DNA of 64,000 nucleotides from Hemiscyllium ocellatum (taxonomy: Eukaryota): assembly GCF_020745735.1 (NCBI RefSeq), contig NC_083410.1:2826117-2890116 (forward strand), written 5' to 3'. The notes under the pieces were generated by a model. It did not search any database. It worked only from the letters and a program-made list of their open reading frames with translations, and was not told the origin of the DNA. How positions within the stretch are numbered: position 1 is the stretch's first letter; each line of letters opens with the position of its first letter. Shown here one piece after another: positions 21,540-34,010 of this stretch. The position numbers and the translations under genes were made by a program.

Positions 21540-23935
21540 CTTCACTGTCAGAGGGTCAGTGCTGAGGGTGTGCTGCACTGTCGGAGGGTCAGTGCTGAGG
21601 GAGTGCAGCACTGAGGGAGTGCTGTACTGTCGGAGGGTCAGTGCTGAGGGAGTGCAGCACTGTTAGAGGGTCAGTGCTGAGGGAGTGCCGTACTGTCGGA
21701 GGGTCAGTGCTGAGGGAGTGCAGCACTGTCGGAGGGTCAGTGCTGAGGGAGTGCAGAATTGTCGGAGGGTCAGTGCTGAAGGAGTGCCACAATGTCAGAG
21801 GGTCAGTGTTGACAAACAGCTGCACTGTCAGAGGTTTCGGGCTGAGGGAGCGGCGCATTGTCAGAGGGTCAGTGCTGAGGGAGTGCCGCACTGTCGAAGG
21901 GTCAGTACTGATGGTGCCCCACACTGTCAGAGAGTCAGTGCTAAGGGAGTGCTCCCCTGTCAAAGGGTCGGCACTAAGGGAGTGCTGCACTATCAGAGGG
22001 TCAGTACTAAGGGTATGCCGCACAGTCGGAGGGTCAGTGCTGAGGGAGTGTCGTACTGTCGGAGGGTCAGTGCTGAAGGAGTGCCACAATGTCAGAGGGT
22101 CAGTGTTGACGAACAGCCGCACTGTCAGAGGTTTCGGGCTGAGGGAGCAGCGCATTGTCAGACGGTCAGTACTGAGGGAGTGCCGCAATGTCGGATTAGA
22201 TTAGATTAGATTACTTACAGTGTGGAAACAGGCCCTTCGGCCCAACAAGTCCACACTGACCCGCCGAAGCGCAACCACCCATACCTCTACATTTACCCCT
22301 TACCTAACACTACGGGCAATTTAGCATGGCCAATTCACCTGACCCGCACATCTTTGGATTGTGGGAGGAAACCGGAGCACCCGGAGGAAACCCACACAGA
22401 CACGGGGAGAATGTGCAAACTCCACACAGTCAGTCGCCTGAGTCAGGAATTGAACCCGGTTCTCAGGCGCTGTGAGACAGCAGTGCTAACCACTGTGCCA
22501 CCGTGCCGCCCATTGTCGGAGGGTCAGTACTGAGGGAGTGCCATACCATCAGAGGGTCAGTGCTGAAGTAGGGCCGCACTGTCGGAGGGTCAGTGCTGAG
22601 GGAGTGCCACATTATCAGAGGGTCAGTGCTGAGAGAGTGCCGTACTGTCAGAGGGTCAGTGCTGAGGAAGTGCTTCACTGTCGGAGGGTCAGTGCTGAGG
22701 GTGGGCCGCACTGTCGGAGAGTCAGTGCTGAGGGAGTGCCGCAATGTCGGAGGGTCAGTGCTGAGGGAGTGCTTCACTGTCGGAGGGTCAGTACAGAAGG
22801 AGTGCCACGCTGTCAGAGGTTCAGTGCTGAGGGAACACCGCGCTGTCGGAGGGTCACTGCTGAGGGAGTGCCGCACTGTCATAGGGTCAGTGCTGAGGGA
22901 GTGCCGCACTGTCGGAGGATCAGTACTGATGGTGCCCCACACTGTCAGAGAGTCAGTTCCGAAGGAGTGCTACATTGTCGAAGGGTCAGTGCTGCACTAT
23001 CAGAGGGTCAGTGCTGAGGTAGGGCCGCACTGTCAGAGGGTCAGTACTGAGGGAGTGCCGCACTGTCGGAGGGTTGGTGCTGAAGGAGTACCGCAATGTT
23101 GGAGGGTCAGTGCTGAGGGAGTGCTTCACTGTTGGAGAGTCAGTGCTGAGGGTGGGCTGCACAGTACTGAGGGAGCGCTGCACTGTCAGAGGGTCAGTGC
23201 TGAGGGAACACCTCGCTGTCGGAGGGTCACTGCTGAGTGAGCGCCGCACTGTCATAGGGTCAGTGCTGAGGGAGTGGGCACTGTTGGAGGGTCAGTACTG
23301 AGGGAGTGCCGCACTGTCGGAGGGTCAGTGTTGAGTGAGTGCCGCACTGTCGGAGGGTCAGTACTGAGGGAGTGGGCACTGTCGGAGGGTCAGTGCTGAG
23401 TGAGCGCCGCACTGTCGGAGGGTCAGTACTGAGGGAGTGGGCACTGTCGGAGGGTCAGTGCTGAGTGAGCGCCGCACTGTCATAAGGTCAGTGCTGAGGG
23501 AGTGGGCACTGTCGAAGGGTCAGTACTGAGGGAGCGCTGCACTGTCATAGGGTCAGTGCTGAGGGAACACCGTGCTGTCGGAGGGTCACTGCTGAGTGAG
23601 CGCCGCACTGTCATAGGTTCACTGCTGAGGGAGTGGGCACTGTCAGAGGGTTAGTGCTGAGGGAGTGCCGCACTGTTGGAGGGTCAGTACTGAGGGAGTG
23701 CTGCACTGTCAGAGGGTCAGTGCTGAGGGAGTGCTGCACTGTCGGAGAGTCAGTGCTGAGGGAGTGCTGCACTGTTGGATGGTCAGTGCTGAGGGAGTGC
23801 TGCACTGTCGGAGGGTCAGTACTGAGGGAGTGCTGCACTGTCGGAGGGTCAGTACTGAGGGAGTGCTGCACTGTCGGAGGGTCAGTACTGAGGGAGTGCT
23901 GCACTGTTGGATGGTCAGTGCTAATGGAGTGCTGG
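21540..23935. repeat. 33-bp minisatellite GAGGGTCAGTGCTGAGGGAGTGCTGCACTGTCG, about 60 copies, split by a SINE
   Basis: Direct 33-bp periodicity, which explains the 11-aa repeating ORFs on both strands. Confidence 0.97.
22196..22510 (-). mobile_element. HE1/V-SINE-like copy inserted in the 33-bp array
   Basis: Full-length SINE flanked by caatgtcgga / cattgtcgga. Confidence 0.9.
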
Positions 23936-24213
23936 CACTCCAAGTTAGCATATTATTCAAGTTGATGCACCAAAGTCTGGTGAGGTTTAGTTGAAACGAT
24001 GATTGGCGGGGGATGGTGGAGCAGGCTGAGGGAACCGTTCCTTACCCAATTACAGCTCAGCTGGGCAAGGCTGGCAGCAGGACGTTGCCTGGAGGCCACT
24101 CAGTTTATTCCATGTGCTCCCTCTCCCACAACTTTCAAATCCAAAGGGGGTAAAACCTCTCACCCAACATCATCAATAACAAATAAATGAGACGCTTTTA
24201 GAAAAAAAACATA

Positions 24214-24219
24214 TTTATT
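24214..24219 (-). other. PTK2B: Candidate PTK2B polyadenylation signal AATAAA
   Basis: tttatt on plus, 3.3 kb downstream of the stop; a second one at 24104-24109; no transcript evidence. Confidence 0.25.
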
Positions 24220-26094
24220 TTAGTGAGAATCCAAACAGCATCGCCACATCTCAAATCAGGCGAATGTTCAATTAGCTTCCAGTTCTGACATGTACATTCA
24301 TTCAGGTGACAGCGATAACATGTGGAAAACCCGGGGGTGCTGAGTGAGAGTCGAGCAGACACACACATTACTGCCTGGGAGCCTGACATCTTTGGCTGGT
24401 TTATGGTTTCTGGTGCGGAAATCCTCTGACAGAATAAACTGCTCAGCTCATTCTCCTGTTCCTGGAATTCCTTTACTGCGAGATCAGAGTGAAGCCAGAC
24501 AGATCTTTGGAAAGCCTGGCTGGAAGGGCTTCCCCATCTTGTGTTCTTCAGAACTCGACTGGTCATTTCTTTGGGGTCTATGCAGCTTCAGCGTTTTACT
24601 GACTGATGGCATCAGACAGTCCTTACCTCTTTTGCCCCAACCCCCTCCCATTCCCAATCCTAGCTAGCTGGGCTCATATCTCAAAGCTTATTGGTACATA
24701 GTGAGTGCTGTGTCCTTGGGTTCTGGTTGGACTAATGGAATTCGGAATCCAACAAAGTAACCACCCTGTCCTTCCCTCAGCCAGGCTGCTGCAGCTCCCT
24801 CAGGTGTGGTCAGCTCCTCTTTCTAACTCCCACAAACCAGTCGGGTCCCACTTGGCCCTGACACATAGCACTCCACCGGCACTTTGAGAGATCCAGGAAC
24901 TCACTGACACAAAGCATCGAGTGCGCAGCTGCATTTCAAGAAGCGCACACACTGCCAAAAACAGCAGGCAGCATGCAGGCTTTAGTGATCCTCAGGAGTT
25001 ACCCCAGGTCACTGTAGGAGGCTAAATCTCAGCTTTCCTACACTCTCTTACCTTTACAACACAACGGGACTTTCAAAACACAAGTTATTGTGCTTAAGAT
25101 AAAAAGAGACAACTGTTAAAGAATGCGTGAAAGGGAGGTTTTCACGATAAAACATACCATAGACTGAGAGCACCTCCCAAACACACAGCCACTTCCATTT
25201 AGAAAGACAAGGGAAGCAGATACATGGGAACACCACCCCCTGCAAGTTCCCCTCCAAGCCGCTCACCACCCTGACTTGGGAATACATCACCGTTCCTTCA
25301 GTGTCACTGGGTCAGAATCCTGGCATTCCCTCCCTCAGGGCATTGTGGGTCAACTCTTAGCAGGTGGACTGCAGCAGTTCAAGAAGGTAGATCACCCCCA
25401 CCTTCTCAAGGATTAACTAGGGACGGGCAATAAATGCTGGGCCCAGCCAGTGAAGCCCAGGTCCCACAAATGAATTAAAAGTCAATACTATATTGGAACA
25501 TGAATTCCCTCTGCACTCTGTCCAATAGGGACCTATGGGATGTTGCAATGGTCTGAGTTAATTGTGTCTCAGATGTTAACCTGATAATTGCACCAGTTCC
25601 CCATAAAGTCCCCCTCTATTCCTGGGAGCTATTAACTGGGACGAGTTGACGTTTTCATTCTCTGCATTAGCCAGTGTGACAGCATGTTCCCAGAAACAGT
25701 GTTCCAATTCCAGACCCTTCAGCAGCTCCTGCAGTGACACAACAAGGACATTCTGTTCCAGGTAAGAAGACAAAAACAATTATGGTGATTGGAATTTCAC
25801 ATTGGATTGGACAGCAGGAGTTAGGACTGTTCCTAGGCCCTACTCGCTTCCCCCAGCCCAGGTGGGAGGGGGAAACAGTCGAGCATTGGGATTTTACTTG
25901 GTCTCTCCTCCTCCCCTGCTTGGGACTGATATTGGCAGTGTACAGGCCATTGTAGGGGTTGGACTAACCCAAGGGCTTTCAGTTTAGGAAGAGCAGCACA
26001 GGGCAGGTCACTGACAGGCAGCTTTGGTGGGTACATGGGTGAAAATGTGTTGCTGGTTAAAGCACAGCAGGTTAGGCAGCATCCAAGGAACAGG

Positions 26095-26133
26095 AAATTC
26101 GACGTTTCGGGCATAAGCCCTTCATCAGGAAAT
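26095..26133 (-). ncRNA. Minimal type I hammerhead ribozyme motif (family 1, intact core)
   Basis: Minus strand UUC|CUGAUGA|A|GGGC-UUAU-GCCC|GAAA|CGUC|GAA. Confidence 0.6.
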
Positions 26134-27508
26134 TGATGAGTACATGCCCAACCACATACTTGCCCAGAAATGTCATTGAAAAATACCCTCGGTCTTCACC
26201 CTCACCTGAGGCCCAACAATTGTGCTCCCACGTCCCAGACAGGACGGGAATGTGAGACCAAACTGAAGGATCTGCAACCACACAAGTGCAGTGTGAGGAC
26301 AGCTGAGCTGAGAGGCTGGACAACGCTGTCAATGCACAGTCTGACTGCTGTCAGAGGGGCTGGTCAGAGGGCATCACCCAACACAACTGCAATGGGGCGA
26401 GAGAGGGGTGAATGAGGGGGTCGATCCCCATTCACCTGGATGGTTTGTGAGCTACAGTTGGAGATGGTGTAAAAATCAGACTGAGCATTGTTCCAGAAGA
26501 GGAACATACCCAGTTATTGCTGCAGAGTCAGACAGCGGAGTGGACTCGATGGACTGAATGGCCTTACTTCCGCTCCTATGTCTTATAGTGGAGTTACACA
26601 ATGGCCTGCTTCCACCAGATGGATATATCACAGTGAACAAGGTGAAAAGACACAACTTTCTACATTTTCTCAAGTTGGAATAATCCAATCTGAAGCTCAG
26701 AAACATAGGGTAGAAAGCCTCATACTTTGATCCAGGATTTTCCATTCCAAAATCGCTAACCTTCCTCAAGCCCACATCACCATCACTTATTTTCTCAGTT
26801 ATTCAGAGTCACTCATTTACAAGCCTGGGTCCAATCACAGCTGCCTCTGTTTTCCTTGTATCTTAGAAACAGGTTCTCCTGGAGAATGTGGTGTGTAAGG
26901 ATTCCTCATAAACCACCAATCACCTGACCATTGGCAAGAGAAGCACAAGCTGCTGATCATTCTCTGATCGCAACAGGAGCAGACAGCAGCAACATTCAGT
27001 CATGCTTCCTGGTGCTATCAGCTAGCTATCAATCTCAGTATTTACAGAGAAGAATACTTGGCAATGAGCTAAACTACACAGGAAGACAAACTTTCACCAA
27101 ATCTTACCATCTCCAGATCTCTTTAGTCACTCCCAAATTAAGCATTTCAAACACGACGTGCATTCTTGGGTTGAGTTTGGTTAAAACTCCAGCACCACCA
27201 CTAACTACCATCTGCCACAGATTATTGTGATTATTAACAACTTGGGCATCACTGTTCCCATATGTACACGGAATCGCTTGGATTAAAGTCATCGGTAGCC
27301 CCTCCACCCCTCCACAAAAGCACCTTTCTCCCCTGGAAAATGGTTACCAGCTTTACTTAATTAATGCCCTCATCAGTGCCCCAGCCTCCCCCAGCCTCAA
27401 TAACTTGCTGTCCCGTGTTGGATTTTAATGAATCAGTTTCTTGCTTGTTTTAGTGGTGGACTTTGTTCCTGTCTGGTGCATCTGCTGTCTGAATCAATGG
27501 AGTTGTCA

Positions 27509-27724
27509 TCAGTTTGGGACTGGTTTGGCTTGTCCTGTCCGAACCCTGGCCTGGTCCACAGCATCTAGAAGGTTCTTGGAGTCTACGGCCAGAGTGTGGG
27601 CAGCTGTTAACATCTGCTTCTTACACTCCTCACTCAGCGAGGTCACCACATTCTGCTGGGCCAGTTTCATCTTGTTTATCAGCTCAGCTAGGTCTTTGTT
27701 CAGGAGCCTCTGTGTCCCCTCGAT
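27509..27724 (-). CDS. PTK2B: PTK2B last exon, FAT domain C-terminus (IEGTQRLLNKDLAELINKMKLAQQN...DQARVRTGQAKPVPN*)
   Basis: 216 nt, acceptor ttttgtttctgttcag, TGA at 27509-27511; closely matches the Pyk2 FAT helices. Confidence 0.95.
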   Translation of the reverse strand: MEGTQRLLNKDLAELINKMKLAQQNVVTSLSEECKKQMLTAAHTLAVDSKNLLDAVDQARVRTGQAKPVPN

Positions 27725-28439
27725 CTGAACAGAAACAAAATGAAGAAACCCTGGTTACAGCCCACCTGCAGCACTGTCAGCAGATCTGGGAGGGAGCACA
27801 TCAGCTGACAGGAACAATGCCTGGACTCCGGGGGTTAGATTACGAGCAGCGATCAGATACGTCAGGCCTGCTTTAGGTCTCTCATTCAAGAGGACATTGG
27901 AGAGTTAGCTGGATGGAAATGATGTGTGAGGGGTTGGGGGAAAGGCCGGAGATTGGCTGGGGAATGATGCTTAATGGAAGAGTTGCAGCAAGTTCAATGG
28001 GCTGAATGGCCTCCTTCTGAGTTACAAGGGATTCAGAGCTCTGAGCAGCCAGCGATTACATGGACTTCAGTGTCAGTACATAGGAATGGTGAAGTGTATT
28101 ATAATCGTTATTCCATTTTAATTCAGCATTTCTACTAACATCCCATCCACCACTTCCCTGTTCTTGCTGAATTGCTTGCTTCTGTTATTTTATGTGGTTT
28201 TTGTATTTCTTACCCTGATTGATTCATTCATTTATGATTTTCTCTGTAAAGTACACTGTAACTCAACCTTCAGACAGGGAGAGTCTTCAACCAAATAACA
28301 TGGTGATTTCAATTCGTGTGTTATTTTAGCAACACGTGATTACATTCAGTAATGTAGGAGGAAAGGCTTCTGATCATTCATAGGAAATGATCCAATCTTG
28401 CTGAGGGTGCAGATGGGATTTACTGGACTGGTCATGGAG

Positions 28440-28890
28440 CCAGAATCAGACCCTTCGGTCCAACCAGTCCATGCCGAACATAATCCCAAACTAAATTAGC
28501 CCCACCTGCCCATATCCCTCCAACTCTTTCCTACCCATATACTTATCCAAATCTCTTTTAAATGTTGTAACTGTGCCCTCATCTACCACGTCCTCAGGGA
28601 GTTCATTCCACATGTGAACCACCTTTTGTGTAAAACAAAATTGCCCCTCACGTCCTTTTAAAATCTTTCTCCTCTCACCTTAAAAATATACCCCCAGTTT
28701 TGAAATCCCCCACGCTGGGGAAATGATACCTGCCATTCAATTTATCTATGCCCCTCATGATTTTATAAACCTCCATAAAGTCACCCCCCTAGTCCCCTAC
28801 ATTCCAGTGAGAGTCCTCCCAACCTATCCAGCCTTGCCTCATAACTCTAACCCTCCAGTTTCAACAACATCCCGGTGAATGTTTTCTGAA
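28440..28890 (-). mobile_element. CR1 3' fragment
   Basis: Same 3' segment as 19590-20020. Confidence 0.7.
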
Positions 28891-29313
28891 CCTCAGTCTA
28901 AAGGAGCAGGGATTTGGAGAAGTGGGAGGCTGGGAGGGCTCTCCTTCCAGCTGAGGGGCAATCTGATTGAGGGGGATTAAAAAAAACTTCTCAACTTTTC
29001 CACTCTCTCACCTGGACGCTGTCACCAGGAATCTTTCTCAACTCCTTATCAAAATCTTCACCAGAAAAGCTGTTAAAAACCTCAACTAAGTTTCCTTTCA
29101 GTTGAGTGTGAACTATTCCACACTGACCTCTGTTGGAAATGCAGAATTTTAAGAAAACCTCCCTCAGAAATTAAGCTGATGACAGCTAAACCACATGTCT
29201 TTCGAAATAGCGAGGTCTGCTGACTAAGGAATGCACTTTGAAGAGAATCCTGCTCCTAAAAAGTAGCGGGTCGGTGACTGGGGCAGATGGTAATAAAATG
29301 AGCTGGGACTCAC

Positions 29314-29394
29314 CTCTGTGCGGGATGTTGCAGGTAGCGATGGCAACAGCTCATCTACACTGCCAGTCAATTTTCGAAGGTTGACTCCCACCGT
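29314..29394 (-). CDS. PTK2B: PTK2B FAT exon (TVGVNLRKLTGSVDELLPSLPATSRTE)
   Basis: 81 nt, phase 0-0, AG/GT; matches Pyk2 NVGLTLRKLIGSVDDLLPSLPSSSRTE. Confidence 0.95.
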
Positions 29395-30240
29395 CTAGAA
29401 TGTAGAGAATGGTTATGGTGTTACAAGCACTATTGGAAATCATCAGAATGAATGTGTGGTGTAAACAATTGATGCAGTAGCTGCAGCCGTAACAGTTCAT
29501 TGGTTTGATTTCCCAGTCACAGGACACTGGAATCATAGAGGCCAGGTTAAAGTACGTATTGTTTCCCCGAGCCTATCATTTGTCTACATGATTTCAGATT
29601 CTTAAGATCAGACAGTAAAGGCAGACCTCGAACACACTGCCAGTGCCACTCTGATTTTCAACTGCCCTGTACATTCCAATGGAAATTCTAGAGTCAGAAA
29701 ACAGGAGAAGGCCATTCAGCCCCACCTGTCTGTGCATCCTCAGAATAAGACATGTACCCTGTACTACACCCTGCTCTGTTACCCTGCATATTCTTCCTTT
29801 CCAGATAAATATCCACATCCCTCTGTAATGCCTCCACACTGACAGGCCAATGAATTCCTGAGCCCAACCACTCGCTGCAATTTTTACTTGTTTTGCCAAT
29901 TGCCTTAAAGCTGTGCCCTGTGGTTCACAATTCTCCCACCAATGGGAACAGTCTGTGCAGGCCGTGTGGGAGTTTGAACAGCTTGGTCAGTCTCCCTCTC
30001 GGTCCTTCTTGGAGACGACTATCCCAACCTCTCCAATCTATCCATGTGATGGGACTTTCTCATTCCTGGAACCCCCTCTGCAGTCCCCCCCACCCTCAGT
30101 GCAGTCGCTGCTGTCAGAAGGTGTGGCGCCCACAGGTATAAACACTCCAGCTGGGGCCTAACCAGGGTCTTATATGAGTTTCACATCCAGTGAAGGAGGG
30201 TCACTGGACTTGAAGGGTAACCTCTGCTTTCTTGGACACT

Positions 30241-31375
30241 CTCTGGGTGGTCAGAAACCTGTTGATCTTCCAGCTGAATGAGTTGACCCCGACTGAGTGT
30301 TGCAGGCCGGCATGTTCCAAGGTCCAGGACTACGTGTTGAGGGACGTGCTGAAGCTTGGGGCAGCAGCCATCAAGGCGCGGTGGGGAAAGACCACCGTGT
30401 AACGTCCCCCTGCCTAAACACAGGGGGCCCACCCCAGCTAAATATATAGAACATACATAGAACATAGAACAGTACAGCACAGAACAGGCCCTTCAGCCCA
30501 CGATGTTGTGCCGACCACTGATCCTCATGGATGCACCCTCAAATGTCTGTGACCATATGCATGTCCAGGAGTCTCTTAAATGTCCCCAGTGACCTTGCTT
30601 CCACAACTGCTGCTGGCAACGCATTCCATGCTCTCACAACTCTCTGTGTAAAGAACCCGCCTCTCACATCCCCTCTATACTTTCCTCCAACCAGCTTAAA
30701 ACTATGACCCCTCGTGTTTGTCATTTCTGCCCTGGGAAATAGTCTCTGGCTATCGACTCTATCTATGCCTCTTGTATACCTCAATTAGGTCCCCTCTCCT
30801 CCTCCTTTTCTCCAATGAAAAAAGTCCAAGCTCAGTCAACCTCTCTTCATAAGATAAACCCTCCAGTCCAGGCAGCATCCTGGTAAACCTCCTCTGAACC
30901 CTCTCCAAAGCATCCACATCTTTCCTATAATAGGACGACCAGAACTGGACGCAGTATTCCAAGTGCGGTCTAACCAAAGTTTTATAGAGCTGCAACAAGA
31001 TCACACGACTCTTAAACTCAATCCCCCTGTTAATGAAAGCCAAAACACCATATGCTTTCTTAACAACCCTGTCCACTTGGGTGGCCATTTTAAGGGATCT
31101 ATGTACCTGCACACCAAGATCCCTCTGTTCCTCCACACTGCCAAGAATCCTATCCTGAATCCTGTACTCAGCTTCCAAAATGCATCACCTCCCATTTATC
31201 CAGGTTGAACTCCATGGATATGGATAGTATATGGATCCATATGGTCGTAATCGTACAGACCTGTACATATGAATGATTACTCTGTCTCTGTATACCAAGG
31301 AATGGAATGTTTACAGATGTATGGCATGATCATCAAAATATTTTATGAATAAAGTATATTTTTGAAATAAAACAA
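30241..31375 (+). mobile_element. Probable Tx1/L1-clade LINE 3' end, split by a CR1 insertion
   Basis: 30241-30402 reads LWVVRNLLIFQ...ECCRPACSKVQDYVLRDVLKLGAAAIKARWGKTTV*; an AATAAA-containing tail at about 31347-31372 resumes after the CR1; clade assignment is from recall. Confidence 0.5.
30445..31212 (-). mobile_element. Young CR1 3' fragment
   Basis: Long ORF 30759-31178 (HLEYCVQFWSSYYRKD, LFSLEKRRRRGDLIE); near-identical to 41245-42000; (TTCTATG)n tail. Confidence 0.93.
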
Positions 31376-31424
31376 CCTCTGCTTTCTCTCCACAGGTCCT
31401 GCTGAACTGATAGAATTCCTCTCG

Positions 31425-31680
31425 TGTGGAAGCAGGCCCTTCAACCCTTCGAGTCCACATCAAGGCTCCAAAGGCCATCCCACACTATCCGTGTAACCCT
31501 GCATTTCCCCATGGCCAATCCACCAAACCTGCACATCTTTGTGACTGTGGGAGGAAACCAGAGCACACCCATGGGGAGAACAAGTAAATTCCACACAGAG
31601 TGTCGCCCGAGGCAGGAATCGAACCTGGGTCCCTGGCGCTGGGGGGGCAGCAGTGCTAACCACTGGGCCACCGTGCTGCC
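31425..31680 (-). mobile_element. Diverged tRNA-derived SINE (variant subfamily)
   Basis: Minus strand GGCAGCACGGTGGCCCAGTGGTTAGCACTG...GGTTCGATTCC head. Confidence 0.8.
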
Positions 31681-32526
31681 TGTGTTTTTCCAGCAATTTC
31701 TGTTTCGGTCTCTGCTCTTATACTCTGTGCCTCTGTTAATAAAACCCAAGATACTGTCTGCTTTAGACATGACTCTTGCCTCCACCCACCTTTAATGGTC
31801 TGTGCACAGACACAGCCAGGTCACTGAGCTCCTGCACCCCTTTAGAACTGTACCCTTTGTTTTACATTCTCTCTGTTCTTCCTGCCAAAGTATATCCCTT
31901 TGCACTGACGTTTATATTCCTCTGCGATTTATCATTTGTTCACCCGCTGCCCTAAGTGAGTGTGAAACTGCACACTGACAGGGGGATTCCTGAATCTAAA
32001 TAGCAACAAAATTGGTTTCAACAGTGCTGGGAGAAATCACAGACAGAAATTAGACGCAAATGGAGGAAATAAAATCTCCCCCCAATGGAAATGGTTCCTG
32101 TCACCTACACTGAGCAATGGGTGAAATCCCCCATTCTCTTAGCAGCGGATGGAATTCCAGTCTTGCTCAGAAAGGAACTTGTTAAAGATGACTGCAAATA
32201 ATCTGGAATGCATTTGTTCATGTGGAAGTGAAACTGACAACTCTACATGATGTGATCAGCAAGTATTGTTGGGTGTTTGGTGAAACTTTAAGGTGATTCA
32301 GGGAAACAAGGCAGATGGGTTCAGAGAAACAGCAGGCTGCCTTACTGGCAAAGACATAGCAGGCCCTGTGCTCAGCAGCAGAGAACCGAAAGGAGGTGGA
32401 GGTCAGTGTCACATAGATTAAAGGAAGGCAGACAGGTGGAGTGAGATTATGTGGGGTTTATAAACCATCATAAATCAGATACTAGATTGTAACCGTGAGA
32501 AACTAAGCTCACACACTTCTATAATT

Positions 32527-33232
32527 TCAGTCTGAGACAAAATCTGAATCAGTAGTGTCCTTTATTTTACTCTTGCACGAGGGTGTGATGTCCACTGTCT
32601 ACAAGGCAAGAGACACACACACTGAATTCAACGAATACTCGATATTTATATAATTTGTTTTTTTTAATTTCATTGCTCCCCCCCGTTTCCATCCCCCACT
32701 TCCCTAAGCCCGGCACCCATTACTCCTGTTTATCTCTTGTCTTATCCGGCCTTGTCTGTAACAAAATGCTTATTTCTGGCCTCACAAGGCCGTTTGACCT
32801 CACCCTGCTGTGGGTTATTGTTAGGCATATCCTTTCCTTACCATTATCTACTCCCTCCATCTGTGCCTTCCCTACCATACTGATCCTTAAGACCCTTTTA
32901 ATTGGGGTTTGTTCCTGTGTTTCTGTAAAAGTGGTAAACAGATGTTTATACCTTCTGTTTGTACAGGCGTATCAAGCTTAACTGTCTCCCCTCACAGCAT
33001 CTTATCTAGTCGCCTGTAATATCTACCATTGTTTTGCAGTCCCGTTTCTTTCTTGCATACAATTTTAGCTAATACAAAAACAATTATGTATTTCCTCCAC
33101 ATAGTTTCCATTCTTGTTGACTCAGCTCTTGGCTGAAACAATTACACACTGGTGCGAGTTCATTTACTTTGTATAAGTCATTATAATTGCAGAAGTAACA
33201 CTACTTTCCCTATATCCCACATAACCACCTCA
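32527..33232 (-). mobile_element. Possible solo LTR
   Basis: About 705 bp flanked by TAATT direct repeats (32522-26, 33233-37); minus strand starts TG, then TATATAAATA (about 32643-52) and AATAAA (32561-66) in U3-R-U5 order; 3' end is not the canonical CA. Confidence 0.4.
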
Positions 33233-33819
33233 TAATTATCAAATGAAAGCCAAAAGCATTGCAGATGCTGCAATTCAGAGACAAAAACAGAAATTGCTGG
33301 AAAGCTCAGCAGGTCTGGCAGCATCTGTGGAGAGAAATCAGAGTTAATGCTTTAGTTCCAGTGACCCTTTCTGAGAATGTTCTGCCAAACCTGCTGAGTT
33401 TTCCCAGCAATTTCTGTTATTGTTTCTGTTGTTAATAATTATTGATGATGAAGTAGTCACCAAGTTGTCAGGAGGTTAATGCTTTTTAAGTGAAATCTGA
33501 CACACGTCTTTCTGCAACTTGAGGGAAACAACAAGTCAAAGTGCTATTTGTTGACAGAAGCTGATGTTGGTATTTCTTCATTGTCCGGGATTTGACAACT
33601 GGGAAAGAGGTTGAAACGATAGGAGGTGGGCCATACCCTCAGAATATCTCTGGTGAATTATTACAGTAAATTCACACCAGATTTGTTACTCCCACCACAT
33701 CTCCTGAACAAACTCTTGTGACATTCTATGGTTCTGGCCAATACAGTGTGAGAAAGTATCAGGTTATATGAAAGGAAATTGGATAATGGTACACAGTGTC
33801 CAGAAACAATCCAGTTAAA

Positions 33820-34010
33820 AAAAATCACACAATACCAAGTTATAGCCCAGCAGGTTTATTTGGAAGCACTAGCTTTCAGAGCGCCATTCCTTCATTAGGT
33901 AGCTAGTCACTGAGGAGCAGCACTCTGAAAGCTAGTTGACCTGTTGGACTTTAACCTGGTGTTGTGGCATTTTAAACTTTGTCCACCCCAGTCCAATACC
34001 AGCACCTTCA
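33820..34010. mobile_element. Family-2 Penelope-like hairpin remnant
   Basis: Inverted arms homologous to the ends of 3797-4497. Confidence 0.55.

Noticed and set aside
21589-23994. Many 100-215 aa ORFs on both strands (VLRECxTVGGS and HSLSTDPPTV repeats)
   Set aside because: Frame artefacts of a stop-poor 33-bp minisatellite; no splice or start context
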